NCBI GenBank assembly: GCA_046331705.1
Contig: JAXLQJ010000034.1
Location: 1 to 64,000 of the forward strand
Direction of reading: 5' to 3'
DNA length: 64,000 nt
DNA from: a bacterium
GTDB taxonomy: Bacteria; JADJOY01
The notes beneath the pieces were generated by a model that saw nothing but the letters and a program-made list of their open reading frames with translations, searched no databases and was not told the origin of the DNA. The position numbers and the translations under genes were made by a program. Of the stretch, positions 19,483 to 29,543 are shown one piece after another (position 1 is the first letter of the stretch; each line of letters begins with the position of its first letter).

Positions 19483-20577
19483 ATGTCCGAGACCAGCGCG
19501 GACGATCGCACAGAACAACCCACCTCGCGACGGCTCCAGAAGGCGCGCGAGCAGGGTCAGATCGCGCGCAGCCGCGAGGTCAACACCGTGGCGCTGCTGG
19601 TGGGAGTCGCCACCGTGTACCACTACTTCGGCGCCCATTCGCTCGACGAGCTCATCGCCATCGGGCGCGCCTGCTGGAGCGCGATCGGCGACGTGGCGGA
19701 CGGCGACGTCCTCGCCACCGCGTACGTGTCCGCTGGCCGCGCCTCTGCGTTGGTGGCGGTGCCGCTCCTGACCGTGATGGTGCTGGGCGTGGTCTCGCAA
19801 CTCGCCCAGGGCGGCTGGCTCATCACCCTCGCGCCCATCGCGCCCAAGCTCACGCCCTTCGATCCCACCGCGATGCTCGGCCGCCTCGCCGGACGGCGGA
19901 ACTGGGCGGACCTCGGCCGCACCGCCCTCGCCGCGACGCTCGCGATCTACGTGGTCACCCGCGAGCTGCGCGCGGACCTGGGGCCCGCCGTCGATCTCCA
20001 CCACGCCAACGCGCGCGGCATCCTCGCCTTCCTGGGCACCCGCCTCGACCACCTCGTGCTCATGACCGGCGCGGCACTCGTCGCGCCGGCGGTCGTCGAC
20101 TACTTCTACCAGCGCTACAGCCTCAACAAGCGCCTCAAGATGACCAAGCAAGAGGTCAAGGAAGAGGCGCGCGACGAGGACGGCGATCCGCTGGTCAAGG
20201 GCCGGGTGTCGGGCATGCGGCGCGAGATGGTGCTGCGCCGCTCGCTCGCGCAGGTGCCCACCGCCGACGTCGTCATCACCAACCCGCAACACGTCGCGGT
20301 GGCGCTGCGCTACCGGAGCGGCTCGATGGCGGCTCCCAAGCTGGTGGCCAAGGGCGCGGACACGATCGCGGCCAAGATCCGCGAGATCGCCCGCGCCCAC
20401 GACGTGCCGATCCTCGAGCGCCCGCCGCTCGCGCGCTGGATCTACCGGCACGTCGCGGTGGGCGCCGAGATCCCCGAGTCGCTCTACAAGGCGATCGCCG
20501 AGATCCTGGCCTTCGTCTATCGCACTCGGGGCGCGCGCAAGCGCACCGCGCTGGCGGCGCTCGGAGCTAGGCGATGA
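19483..20577 (+). CDS. flhB: Flagellar export protein FlhB
   Basis: RTEQPTSRRLQKAREQGQI; KMTKQEVKEE..DGDP; NPQH cleavage loop. Confidence 0.95.
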   Translation: MSETSADDRTEQPTSRRLQKAREQGQIARSREVNTVALLVGVATVYHYFGAHSLDELIAIGRACWSAIGDVADGDVLATAYVSAGRASALVAVPLLTVMVLGVVSQLAQGGWLITLAPIAPKLTPFDPTAMLGRLAGRRNWADLGRTALAATLAIYVVTRELRADLGPAVDLHHANARGILAFLGTRLDHLVLMTGAALVAPAVVDYFYQRYSLNKRLKMTKQEVKEEARDEDGDPLVKGRVSGMRREMVLRRSLAQVPTADVVITNPQHVAVALRYRSGSMAAPKLVAKGADTIAAKIREIARAHDVPILERPPLARWIYRHVAVGAEIPESLYKAIAEILAFVYRTRGARKRTALAALGARR

Positions 20578-22724
20578 GCGCGGCGACGCCTGCCACCACG
20601 CGCGCACCGGCGCCCGCCGCCACCCCGGCGCGCGCCGGAGCGCCCGCTGCCGCCGGCGCGGTACCGGCCAAGGGCACCGCCGCCAAGGCCGCGGGCGCCC
20701 CCATGCGAATCCCGGTGAGCGAGCTGGTGGTGGCGATCGGCCTCGTCGGCATCTTGCTGCTGATGCTGGTGCCGGTGGCGCCGGTGCTCCTCGACGTCTT
20801 CATCACGCTCAACCTGACCATCGCCGTGCTGGTGCTGATGATCGCGGTCTACGTGTCGAAACCCCTCGATTTCGAGGGATTCCCCACGGTGCTGCTGTTC
20901 ACGACCTTGTTCCGCCTGTCGCTCAACGTCGCGACCACGCGGCTCATCCTGACCTCCGGCGAGCACGGCGCCGCCGCGGTCGGCCGCGTGGTGACCGCGT
21001 TCGGCGAGTTCGTCGCCGGCGGCGATCCGGTGGTGGGCGGTGTCGTCTTCCTGATCCTGGTGGTCATCAACTTCGTGGTCATCACCAAGGGCGCCGGCCG
21101 CATCGCCGAGGTGAGCGCGCGCTTCACCTTGGACGCCATGCCCGGCAAGCAGCTCTCGATCGACGCCAACCTCTCGAGCGGGCTGATCGGCGAGCAGGAA
21201 GCGCGCGAGCGCCGCCGCGCGCTGGAGCGCGAGGCCGAGTTCTACGGCTCGATGGACGGCGCCAGCAAATTCGTCCGCGGCGACGCGATGGCCGGCTTGA
21301 TCATCACCGCCATCAACATCATCGGCGGCTTGGTGATCGGCGTCGCGCGCCACGAGCTGAGCTTCGCCGAGGCGGGCCACATCTACACCGTGCTCACCAT
21401 CGGCGACGGGCTCGCGGCCCAGATCCCGGCGCTCTTGATCTCGACCGCCGCCGGTCTGGTGGTCACGAAGGTGAGCGACGGCGAGAGCCTCGGCACCACG
21501 CTGCAGAGCCCGGTGCGGAAGTTCCCGCGCGCGGCGCTCTTCACCAGCGGGATCCTGGGGGCGATGGCCTTCGTGCCCGGTCTGCCCTTCCCGCCGTTCG
21601 CGGTGCTCGCCATCGGCGCGGGACTCGTCGGGCGCAGCATGGCGCGGGCGAGCCAGGCACCCGAGGCGACGCCCGAGCCGCAGGCGCCGGTGGAGAAGGA
21701 CATCGAGTCGCTGCTGCCGGTGGACCCGATCGCGATCGAGGTCGGCTACGCGCTGGTGCCGCTGGCGGACCGCCGCCGTGAGGGAAATCTCACGGTGCGC
21801 GTGAAGTCGCTGCGGCGCCAGCTCGCCGAGGAGCTGGGGCTGGTGGTCCCACCGGTACACATCCGCGACAACCTGAGCCTCAAGCCCGAGAGCTATCGGA
21901 TCCTGCTCAAGGGCGCCGAGGTCGCCAGCGGCGAGCTGCGCGCCGAGGGATTGCTGGCGCTCAAGCCCGGCGGCGAGCTGCCGGCGATCGAGGGACGCGC
22001 GACACAGGACCCGGCCTTCGGCATCCCGGCGCTGTGGATCTCGAAGTCGAAGAAGGCCGAGGCGGAGCGCGCCGGCTGCACGGTGGTCGATCCCGCGAGC
22101 GCGCTCACCACCCACGTGAGCGTGGTGCTGCGGCGAAACGGCCACGAGATCCTCGGTCTCTCCCAGGTCATCGCCGGGCTCGAGCGCATCGCCCAGGAGC
22201 ACCCGCGGCTGGTCGAGGACCTGGTGCCCGATCCGTTGCCGCGCCCGGTGCTGCTGCGGGTGCTCAAGAACCTGCTCCGCGAGGGCGTCTCGATCCGCGA
22301 CCTCGCCACGATCCTGGAAGCGCTCGCCGAGGTCGCGCCCGCGACCAAGGACCCCTACGTGCTCACCGAGCGCGTGCGCGCGGCGCTGGCGCGCACGATC
22401 CTCGCACCGCATCTGGGCGATGGACGCACGCTGGCGGTGCTCACCCTCGAACGCGAGCTCGAGCGGCGCATGCTCGACGCCGCCGCGCACGGCACCACCG
22501 CCGCGGCGCTCGACCCGGTGACGCTGCGGCGGGTGATCGAGCGCGCCCGCGACGGCATCGCCACACCCGCCATCACCGGCGAGCCGCCGGTGCTCTTGGT
22601 CCCGGGAGCGTTGCGCCGGCCGCTGCGCGAGGCCCTCGAGCCGTTCCTTCCCGACGTCACCATCCTCGGCCAGGGCGAATTGGTCTCCGGCATTCAAGTG
22701 CGATCCGTGGGAACCGTGGGGTAA
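20574..22724 (+). CDS. flhA: Flagellar export protein FlhA
   Basis: GRIAEVSARFTLDAMPGKQLSIDA; FYGSMDGASKFVRGD. Confidence 0.97.
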   Translation: MSAATPATTRAPAPAATPARAGAPAAAGAVPAKGTAAKAAGAPMRIPVSELVVAIGLVGILLLMLVPVAPVLLDVFITLNLTIAVLVLMIAVYVSKPLDFEGFPTVLLFTTLFRLSLNVATTRLILTSGEHGAAAVGRVVTAFGEFVAGGDPVVGGVVFLILVVINFVVITKGAGRIAEVSARFTLDAMPGKQLSIDANLSSGLIGEQEARERRRALEREAEFYGSMDGASKFVRGDAMAGLIITAINIIGGLVIGVARHELSFAEAGHIYTVLTIGDGLAAQIPALLISTAAGLVVTKVSDGESLGTTLQSPVRKFPRAALFTSGILGAMAFVPGLPFPPFAVLAIGAGLVGRSMARASQAPEATPEPQAPVEKDIESLLPVDPIAIEVGYALVPLADRRREGNLTVRVKSLRRQLAEELGLVVPPVHIRDNLSLKPESYRILLKGAEVASGELRAEGLLALKPGGELPAIEGRATQDPAFGIPALWISKSKKAEAERAGCTVVDPASALTTHVSVVLRRNGHEILGLSQVIAGLERIAQEHPRLVEDLVPDPLPRPVLLRVLKNLLREGVSIRDLATILEALAEVAPATKDPYVLTERVRAALARTILAPHLGDGRTLAVLTLERELERRMLDAAAHGTTAAALDPVTLRRVIERARDGIATPAITGEPPVLLVPGALRRPLREALEPFLPDVTILGQGELVSGIQVRSVGTVG

Positions 22725-22730
22725 TCACCG

Positions 22731-23927
22731 ATGGATACGAAGAGCTTTCACGCCTCGACCGTCCGCGAGGCATTGGGCCTCGTCAAGAGCGAGCTCGGCG
22801 ACGAAGCCGAGATCCTGGACACGCGCGCCGTGGGCGAAGGAGCCACGCGTCGCGTCGAGATCCGGGCTCGCGCCGGAAGCCTGCGGGCGCTCGCCGGCCA
22901 GCACGCGAGCGACATCGGCCTGCCGACCGTGGCCGCCGGTCAGCCCGCGCCGCTGGCGGGACTCGGCTCGCTGCTGAGCTTCGCTCCCAGCGCCGTCGCC
23001 CCAGCGTCCGCCGCGCGCGAGCCCACGAGCGCGGCCACGCCCGCCGACGCCTCGGTGGGCTCGCTCGCCCGCGACCTCGAGCGCGTCGCGCGAAACGTCG
23101 AGGGATTCCGTGAGTCGCTCACGCAAATCACCTGGCTCACCGAGCACTTCTCGCTAGGCGTCCTGTCCGAGATCGAGCGCGAGGCCTACCGCAACCTGCG
23201 GGCGCGCGGCCTCGACGCGCGCACCGCGCTCACCTTGCTCACCGACGCGCGTGCCTGCGAGCCGCTCGGCGGCTGGCTGCGCGATCGGCTGCTGGCGGTG
23301 CTCGGGCAGCGCGTCACGGTCGCCGACCCGCCCTCGCCGACCGGGCCGCGGGTGGTGGTGTTCGCCGGGTCCTCGGGGGCCGGCAAGACCACGCTCATCG
23401 CGAAGCTCGCCGCCGCCGCGCAGCTCGAGGGTGTGCCCGGCGTCCACCTCGTCACCACCGACCTCTTCCGGGTCGGCGGCGCCTCGGAGCTGGTGACCTA
23501 CGGTCGGCTGCTCGGCATTCCGACCCACGTGTTGCGAGAGCCGGCGACGCTCGCGCGGATGATCGAGCGCCTCGATCGCGGCTGGCTCTTGATCGACACC
23601 GCGGGACGCGCCGCCGATGACCCGCGCCAGCGCGCGCTGCTCGCACCCGCCGTCGCGGCGCGCGACCGGATCGAAGTCCACCTGACGCTCAACGTCACCA
23701 CCAAGCCCGAGGATCAGCTCGAGTCGGCGCGCCGCTGGTCGTGGCTCACGCCCGATCGCGCGGCGCTCACGCACCTCGACGAGACCGCCTCGCCCGGCAG
23801 CGTCCTGGCCCCACTCGAGGAGCTCGAGCGCCCGCTCTCGTATCTGTCGTCGAGCGGCAACGTCCCGGGCGGGCTCGAGGTCGCGCGCACCGATCTGCTG
23901 GCGGGCTGGATCCTCGGCGAGGGCTGA
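22731..23927 (+). CDS. flhF: SRP-type GTPase FlhF
   Basis: N-terminal ALGLVKSELG; GSSGAGKTT, DTAGR, THLDET; follows flhA. Confidence 0.88.
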   Translation: MDTKSFHASTVREALGLVKSELGDEAEILDTRAVGEGATRRVEIRARAGSLRALAGQHASDIGLPTVAAGQPAPLAGLGSLLSFAPSAVAPASAAREPTSAATPADASVGSLARDLERVARNVEGFRESLTQITWLTEHFSLGVLSEIEREAYRNLRARGLDARTALTLLTDARACEPLGGWLRDRLLAVLGQRVTVADPPSPTGPRVVVFAGSSGAGKTTLIAKLAAAAQLEGVPGVHLVTTDLFRVGGASELVTYGRLLGIPTHVLREPATLARMIERLDRGWLLIDTAGRAADDPRQRALLAPAVAARDRIEVHLTLNVTTKPEDQLESARRWSWLTPDRAALTHLDETASPGSVLAPLEELERPLSYLSSSGNVPGGLEVARTDLLAGWILGEG

Positions 23928-24059
23928 TCGACGCGCACCATCCGGCGCGCGAATGCCGTCGCCGGCGCCGACACGAGGCGCGCGCGGCCCGCGTACCGAT
24001 TCGCACCCGAACCTGGACGGGCGGCCTGTGTCGCCGCCGCCGCGAGAGACGAGGTCGCC

Positions 24060-24899
24060 ATGAACGCCCAACCCGGTGCACACGCGCTTCCGTTCCTGCC
24101 CCGCGCGCGCTCGCATTGGCTCGCGGTGGTGGGGGGCAAGGGAGGCGTCGGCAAGACCCACGTGGCGGCGAGCCTCGCGCACGCGTGGGCCGCCGCCGGC
24201 GAGCGCGTGCTGCTGGTCGACGCCGACCTCGGTTTGGGCAACGTCGAGATCCTGCTCGGGCTTCGGCCGCGCTTCGACCTCGCCGACGCGATCACGGGCC
24301 GGGTCTCGCTCTCCGACGTCGTCGTGCAAGCACCCAACGGCGTGCACGTGCTGCCTGCGGGCTCGGGCTCGCTCGACCTCGCCACGTTCACGCTGCCCGA
24401 GCGCGCGCGCCTCACGGCGAGCCTCACGGCGCTGGGACACCTCTACGACCGGGTCGTCCTCGACGTCGGCGCCGGCATCGGTCCGGTGGTGCTCTTCTTC
24501 CAGGGCCTCGCGCACGAGACCCTCGTGGTCACGCACGCCGAGCCCACGGCGCTCACCGACGCCTACGCGTTCGTGAAGGTCGCGTATCGCGCCAACGCCA
24601 CCCGGCGATTCCGGCTGCTCGTGAACCAGGCGCGTGACGGCGAGGACGCCACTCGCGCGCACCGCGTCATCGAGGAGCTGGCGCAACGCTTCCTCGGCGT
24701 CGCCGTCGACGACGCCGGCGCCATCCCCTACGACGCCCAGGTCGGTCGCGCGGTGCGGCTGCAGAAGGTGGTGGTCGAATCGAACCCCACCTGCCCCGCC
24801 TCCCACGCCCTCGAACGGTTGGCACGCACCCTGCTCTCTCACGATTCCGCCGGCTCGGCGACCACGGCGCACCGTCACGTGCCAGGGAAGGCAAGATGA
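24060..24899 (+). CDS. flhG: MinD-like ATPase FlhG/FleN
   Basis: GKGGVGKT, DADLGLGN, EPTALTDAYA. Confidence 0.92.
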   Translation: MNAQPGAHALPFLPRARSHWLAVVGGKGGVGKTHVAASLAHAWAAAGERVLLVDADLGLGNVEILLGLRPRFDLADAITGRVSLSDVVVQAPNGVHVLPAGSGSLDLATFTLPERARLTASLTALGHLYDRVVLDVGAGIGPVVLFFQGLAHETLVVTHAEPTALTDAYAFVKVAYRANATRRFRLLVNQARDGEDATRAHRVIEELAQRFLGVAVDDAGAIPYDAQVGRAVRLQKVVVESNPTCPASHALERLARTLLSHDSAGSATTAHRHVPGKAR

Positions 24900-25672
24900 G
24901 AGCGGAGCTCGCGTATTACCGGATAGATCACGAGCCTCGCGGCCAAGACCGCGAGGCCACGATCCTCGCGCACGTCGGCTTGGTGCGACAGGTTGCGCGC
25001 CGCATCGGGCACTTCTTGCCCACCGCGGTGGACCGAGATGACCTGGTTCAGGCCGGGATGATCGGCCTGATTCTGGCGGTCGATCGGTTCGATCCCACCA
25101 ACGGCGCTCAGTTCACCACCTACGCCGAGCACCGGGTGCGGGGCGCGATCCTCGATCACCTGCGCGAATCCGACTGGGCGCCGCGCTCGCTGCGTCACGC
25201 GGCCCAGACGCTGGACCACGCCCGCCACGCGCTCACCGGCGAGCTCGGCCGGACTCCGGATCACGCCGAGCTGGCGAACCACCTCGGCGTATCGGTGGAC
25301 GAGATCGCCGAAACCGACCGCGCCGTGGACGGCTTGCGGCTCTTGAGCCTCAACGATCCCGTCACACTCTCCGACGACGAGGTCACCGAGGTGATCGACG
25401 TCCTCGACGGCAGCGACTCGATGACGCCGCTCGCCAACGCCGAGCTCCAGCAGTTCCGCGACCGGCTGGTGCGCGCCATCGCCGCGCTGCCCACCAAGGC
25501 GCAGACCGTGCTGTCGCTCTACCACTCCGAAGGACTGACCATGAAGGAGGTCGGCGACGTGCTGGGCGTCACCGAGTCGCGGGTGAGCCAGATCTACTCG
25601 CAAACGATGCGCACGCTGCGCGAGTGGCTCGAAGCGCACGGCGCCGAGGACCCGCGGGAATCGGCGTCGTGA
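24896..25672 (+). CDS. fliA: RNA polymerase sigma28 factor FliA
   Basis: DLVQAGMIGL; RVRGAILDHLRESDWAPRS; LGVTESRVSQI. Confidence 0.95.
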   Translation: MRAELAYYRIDHEPRGQDREATILAHVGLVRQVARRIGHFLPTAVDRDDLVQAGMIGLILAVDRFDPTNGAQFTTYAEHRVRGAILDHLRESDWAPRSLRHAAQTLDHARHALTGELGRTPDHAELANHLGVSVDEIAETDRAVDGLRLLSLNDPVTLSDDEVTEVIDVLDGSDSMTPLANAELQQFRDRLVRAIAALPTKAQTVLSLYHSEGLTMKEVGDVLGVTESRVSQIYSQTMRTLREWLEAHGAEDPRESAS

Positions 25673-25698
25673 GCGCCGCCACCGCACGAGGGTGATTC

Positions 25699-25911
25699 GT
25701 GGCCAGCTCGTCGATCGGCCCGGCGGTTCCCGTGAGCGTGCCGGCGGTGATCGGCGAGCAGCCGCGCCGCCGCCGCGACGCACCGAACCGCGATCCGCGC
25801 CAGCCGCGCCACCACGAGCCACCCGCCCCCGAGCCCCCCATCGCCAACACCGATCCCACGGCCAGCGACGAGCCCGACGGCGCGCAGCCTTCTCTCGACG
25901 TCTTCGTCTGA
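25699..25911 (+). CDS. Small Pro-rich hypothetical protein ending SLDVFV
   Basis: Fills the gap after fliA; GAGGG RBS-like sequence upstream. Confidence 0.4.
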   Translation: MASSSIGPAVPVSVPAVIGEQPRRRRDAPNRDPRQPRHHEPPAPEPPIANTDPTASDEPDGAQPSLDVFV

Positions 25912-25940
25912 CCCTGCCCGCGACGCATCACGGAGATCCC

Positions 25941-26519
25941 ATGAGCCCCACGTTCTGGATCACGCAGATCGCCTTCGACACGCTGCTCATCGGCGGATTC
26001 GTGTGGATGCTTTACGAAGGCCGCCGCCTGCGTCGGCTCGCCGCCAACGTGCGCGGCAGCGCCCACGGCACCGCCGCGCTGGCCGAGATCGTCGACGACC
26101 TGGAGGCGCTGACGCGCGCCTCGGCCCTCACCGCGCGCGAGATCGAGCAATCGGTGAAAGCCAACGGCGAGGAGATCCAGCGCCGGCTGCTGCTGGTCGA
26201 GCAGAAGCGCGACGAGCTGGAGCGCGCCATCGATCGCGCCGAGGAGCTCGCGGCGCGGGTCGCCGAGCCGGTGGCGGCGAGCGCGGCCGCGAGCGCGAGC
26301 AGCGCGCCCCGCGCCGGTGCCCACGCTGGCGGCCCCGCGCTCGCATCGCTGGTCGACCCGGCGGCGCCCACCTACGACCTCGCGTGCGATCTCTTGCTTG
26401 GCGGACTCGATCCCGACGACGTGGCGCGCGACACCCGGCTGCCCATCGCCGAGGTGGAAGTGCTGCGCGCGCTGCGCCTCGCGAGCACGGCGCCCATCAC
26501 CCGAGCCTCGCTTCGCTGA
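25941..26519 (+). CDS. Membrane-anchored coiled-coil protein with C-terminal HTH (DUF2802/DUF6115/SwrB-like)
   Basis: N-terminal TM, coiled coil, YDLACDLLLGGLDPDDVARDTRLPIAEVEVL; location after fliA. Confidence 0.7.
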   Translation: MSPTFWITQIAFDTLLIGGFVWMLYEGRRLRRLAANVRGSAHGTAALAEIVDDLEALTRASALTAREIEQSVKANGEEIQRRLLLVEQKRDELERAIDRAEELAARVAEPVAASAAASASSAPRAGAHAGGPALASLVDPAAPTYDLACDLLLGGLDPDDVARDTRLPIAEVEVLRALRLASTAPITRASLR

Positions 26520-26523
26520 CGCC

Positions 26524-27261
26524 ATGCGCATCGAGGACGGACTCTACACCGCGATCGCGAGCGGTCGGCTGCTCGAGCGAGATCTCGACGCCGTGACCGA
26601 GAACCTCGCGAACGTGGCCACCGCCGGCTACAAGAGCGCGCGGCCGGTGACGCAGGAGTCGCCGTTCGCCCGCGTCCTCGCCGACAAGTCGACGCCGATC
26701 CCGCTGCCGAACGACGGCGCGCTGGGTCGCGACTGGTCGCACGGCCCGCTCACCCGCACCGGCGGCGCCTTCGACGTGGCGCTGGGCTCGGACGCGTTCC
26801 TGCAAGTGAGCACCGAGCGCGGCCCGCGCTTCACGCGCGACGGACGGCTCACGACCGATTCCGAGGGCAAGCTCACCCGCATCACCGGCGAGCCCGTGCT
26901 CGACGCGCAGGGCTCCGAGATCCGGCTGCCCCCGGGAGCGCCGACGATCCGCACCGACGGCACCGTGATCGTGAACGGCTCCGAGGTGGCCAAGCTCGCG
27001 GCCTTCGAGGTCAGCGATCGCAGCCAGCTCATCGGCGACGGCGAGGGGCTCTACCGCCTCGCGGGCGCCGACCCGAGCGCCAGCGTCCCGAGCACCGCGC
27101 CGCGCTTCCTGCAAGGCGAGATCGAGGGATCGAACGTCAACGCACCGCGAGCCATGGTCGACATGATCGAGGTGCACCGCAGCTACGAAGCCGTGATGCG
27201 CGCGGTCAAGACCCTCGACGGTCTGCTCGCGCGTGCCACCCAGAGCCACGGAGGCTCGTGA
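26524..27261 (+). CDS. flgF: Flagellar rod protein FlgF
   Basis: NLANVATAGYK; TRDG; IEGSNVN..MVDMIEVHRSYE. Confidence 0.92.
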   Translation: MRIEDGLYTAIASGRLLERDLDAVTENLANVATAGYKSARPVTQESPFARVLADKSTPIPLPNDGALGRDWSHGPLTRTGGAFDVALGSDAFLQVSTERGPRFTRDGRLTTDSEGKLTRITGEPVLDAQGSEIRLPPGAPTIRTDGTVIVNGSEVAKLAAFEVSDRSQLIGDGEGLYRLAGADPSASVPSTAPRFLQGEIEGSNVNAPRAMVDMIEVHRSYEAVMRAVKTLDGLLARATQSHGGS

Positions 27262-27263
27262 CC

Positions 27264-28049
27264 ATGATCCGCGCCCTGCACACCGCCGCCACCGGCCTCG
27301 ACGCCCAGCAGCTCGAGATCGACAACATCACCAACAACCTGGCGAACGTGAACACCACGGGCTTCAAGCGAGCCCGCGCCGAGTTCCAGGATCTGCTCTA
27401 CGAGAACCTGACGGCGCCGGGCACGCAGGACGCCGCCGGCACCGAAACGCCCACCGGCACCCAGATCGGCCACGGCGTGCGCACGGTGGCGATCCGGCGC
27501 TTCTTCGGGCAGGGCCCGGTGCGCAACACCGGCAACCCGCTCGACGTGACCATCGACGGCGACGGCTTCTTCCAGGTGACGCGCCCGGAAGGCGACATCG
27601 CCTACACCCGCGCCGGTGCGTTCAGCCTGTCGAGCCAAGGGCAGCTCGTCACCGCGGACGGCATTCCGATCGAGCCGTCGATCCAGATCCCACCCGACGC
27701 CAGCGACGTCACCATCTCGGCGGACGGAACCGTCTCCGCGATGCAGCCGGGACAGACCACGCCCACGCAGCTCGGCCAGCTGACGCTGGCGCGCTTCGCC
27801 AACCCGCCCGGTCTGCAGGCGATCGGCGGGAACCTGTTCCTCGAGACCGCCGCCTCCGGCGCCCCGACCACCGGCAATCCGTCGAGCGACGGCCTCGGCA
27901 AGCTCGAACAGGGCTTCCTCGAGGGCTCGAACGTGAACGTCGCCGAGGAGCTCGTGAGCATGATCGTCGCCCAGCGTGCCTACGAGATCAATTCACGCAC
28001 GGTGCGAGTGGCCGACGAGATGATGCAGCTCGCCAACAACATGCGGTGA
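27264..28049 (+). CDS. flgG: Flagellar distal rod protein FlgG
   Basis: NNLANVNTTGFKRARAEFQDLLY; LEGSNVNVAEELVSMIVAQRAYEINS. Confidence 0.97.
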   Translation: MIRALHTAATGLDAQQLEIDNITNNLANVNTTGFKRARAEFQDLLYENLTAPGTQDAAGTETPTGTQIGHGVRTVAIRRFFGQGPVRNTGNPLDVTIDGDGFFQVTRPEGDIAYTRAGAFSLSSQGQLVTADGIPIEPSIQIPPDASDVTISADGTVSAMQPGQTTPTQLGQLTLARFANPPGLQAIGGNLFLETAASGAPTTGNPSSDGLGKLEQGFLEGSNVNVAEELVSMIVAQRAYEINSRTVRVADEMMQLANNMR

Positions 28050-28053
28050 TGCC

Positions 28054-28806
28054 GTGCCCCTCGCCTCTCGCCTCGTTTCGATCGTCGCGCTCGCGGCGTG
28101 CCTCGCGTGGTGCGAGCGCGCCGCAGCCGCGGCGGGCGACGGCGCGCACCCGGCGCCGGCGAGCCTCGACGCCCACGCCCAGGTCGCGCGCTGGATCGCC
28201 GACCGTCTGCAGGTGCCCGCGGAGCTGATTCGGGTCGACGGATTCGAGCTGCCCTTCGGCGTTCCCCCGAGCGAGACCCTCGAGATCCTCGAGGACGGCA
28301 GCGGAGCGATGGTGGGCGCGCTCACGCTGCGCGCCCGTGTCGCCGGCCCGGACGGCCACGCGCGCTTGCTCAGCTTGCGCGGTCGCGTGGCGCTGCGCCG
28401 CGAGCGGCTGCGCGCAGCCCGCGCCGTTCCGCGCGGGCACGTGATCGAGCCCGAGGACGTGGTCGCCGATCTGGTGTGGGACGACGGCGGCCAACCGCTA
28501 CCGGTCGCCGAGGACGTGATCGGCCTGGAGGCGCGCCGCGCGATCCCCGCGAACCAGCCGCTGCGCGCAGCCGACGTGGGCGAGCCCACGCTGGTGAAGC
28601 GCGGCCAGCCGCTCAAGGTCGACTACCTGACGCCCGGCCTCACGGTGGTCGGGACGGGTCGTGCGCTCGGCGACGGACGGCGCGGCGAGCTCGTGCGCGT
28701 CGAGATGCCGGGCGCGCGACGCGTCATCACCACCAAGGTGATCGGCGAGGGGTGGGTCCGCGCCTCGCCCGATGCCCAGCCGATGCTGGTCGGGAGGAAC
28801 CGATGA
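28054..28806 (+). CDS. flgA: P-ring assembly chaperone FlgA
   Basis: Signal peptide, SAF domain, LVKRGQ..GRALGDGRRGELVRV; synteny. Confidence 0.85.
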   Translation: MPLASRLVSIVALAACLAWCERAAAAAGDGAHPAPASLDAHAQVARWIADRLQVPAELIRVDGFELPFGVPPSETLEILEDGSGAMVGALTLRARVAGPDGHARLLSLRGRVALRRERLRAARAVPRGHVIEPEDVVADLVWDDGGQPLPVAEDVIGLEARRAIPANQPLRAADVGEPTLVKRGQPLKVDYLTPGLTVVGTGRALGDGRRGELVRVEMPGARRVITTKVIGEGWVRASPDAQPMLVGRNR

Positions 28807-29543
28807 ACGCCGCGATCTCGGCGCGACGGGGCGCGCGTGGAGCCTGTGGCCTCGGGTCGTTCGCGCTCGTGCTCGTCTGTGGCTGCGCCGCGAAGACCCC
28901 GCCCACTCCCGACGGCACGCCGATCGCCAGCCTGCCGGCCTCGACCGCGACCAGCGAGCCGCAGGCCAACGCGCGCCCCGCGAGCGCGGGCTCGCTGTGG
29001 CCGACCGACGAGCAGGGCTACCTCTTCAGCGACCACAAGGCGCGGCGGGTGGGCGACCTGCTCACGGTCAAGATCATCGAGCGCGCCGAGGCGTCGAAGG
29101 ACGCGGGCACCAAGCTGAGCCGCGACAACGCCATCGACGCCTCCATCGAGAACCTCTTCGGGCTCGAGAAATCGGTGGTCGCGAGCAATCCCTACGTCAA
29201 TCCCGCCTCGCTGATCAAAGGCGAGATGAGCAACAAATTCGAAGGCAACGGATCGACCAAGCGCAGCGACGACCTCACCACGCAGATGACCGTGGTGGTG
29301 GATCAGGTGCTGCCCAACGGCAATCTGGTGATCCGCGGCAGCCGCGTGGTCGGGCTCAACTTCGAGCAGCAGGTGCTCACGCTGAGCGGCTTGGTCCGCC
29401 CCGAGGACATCGATTCGCAGAACACGGTGCTCTCGACGTTCATCGCCAACGCCGACATCCGCTACGGCGGCAACGGCGTGGTCAACGACAAGCAGCGGCC
29501 CGGGTGGTTCACGTGGCTTGTGGACTGGGTATGGCCATTGTGA
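28803..29543 (+). CDS. flgH: L-ring lipoprotein FlgH
   Basis: Lipobox VCGC; LFSDHKARRVGDLLTV; VLPNGNLVIRG; VRPEDI. Confidence 0.95.
   Translation: MNAAISARRGARGACGLGSFALVLVCGCAAKTPPTPDGTPIASLPASTATSEPQANARPASAGSLWPTDEQGYLFSDHKARRVGDLLTVKIIERAEASKDAGTKLSRDNAIDASIENLFGLEKSVVASNPYVNPASLIKGEMSNKFEGNGSTKRSDDLTTQMTVVVDQVLPNGNLVIRGSRVVGLNFEQQVLTLSGLVRPEDIDSQNTVLSTFIANADIRYGGNGVVNDKQRPGWFTWLVDWVWPL

Noticed and set aside
19483-23927. Inactivating changes in FlhB (NPQH) and FlhF (THLD)
   Set aside because: The cleavage Asn-Pro and the other GTPase motifs are intact; within plausible natural variation
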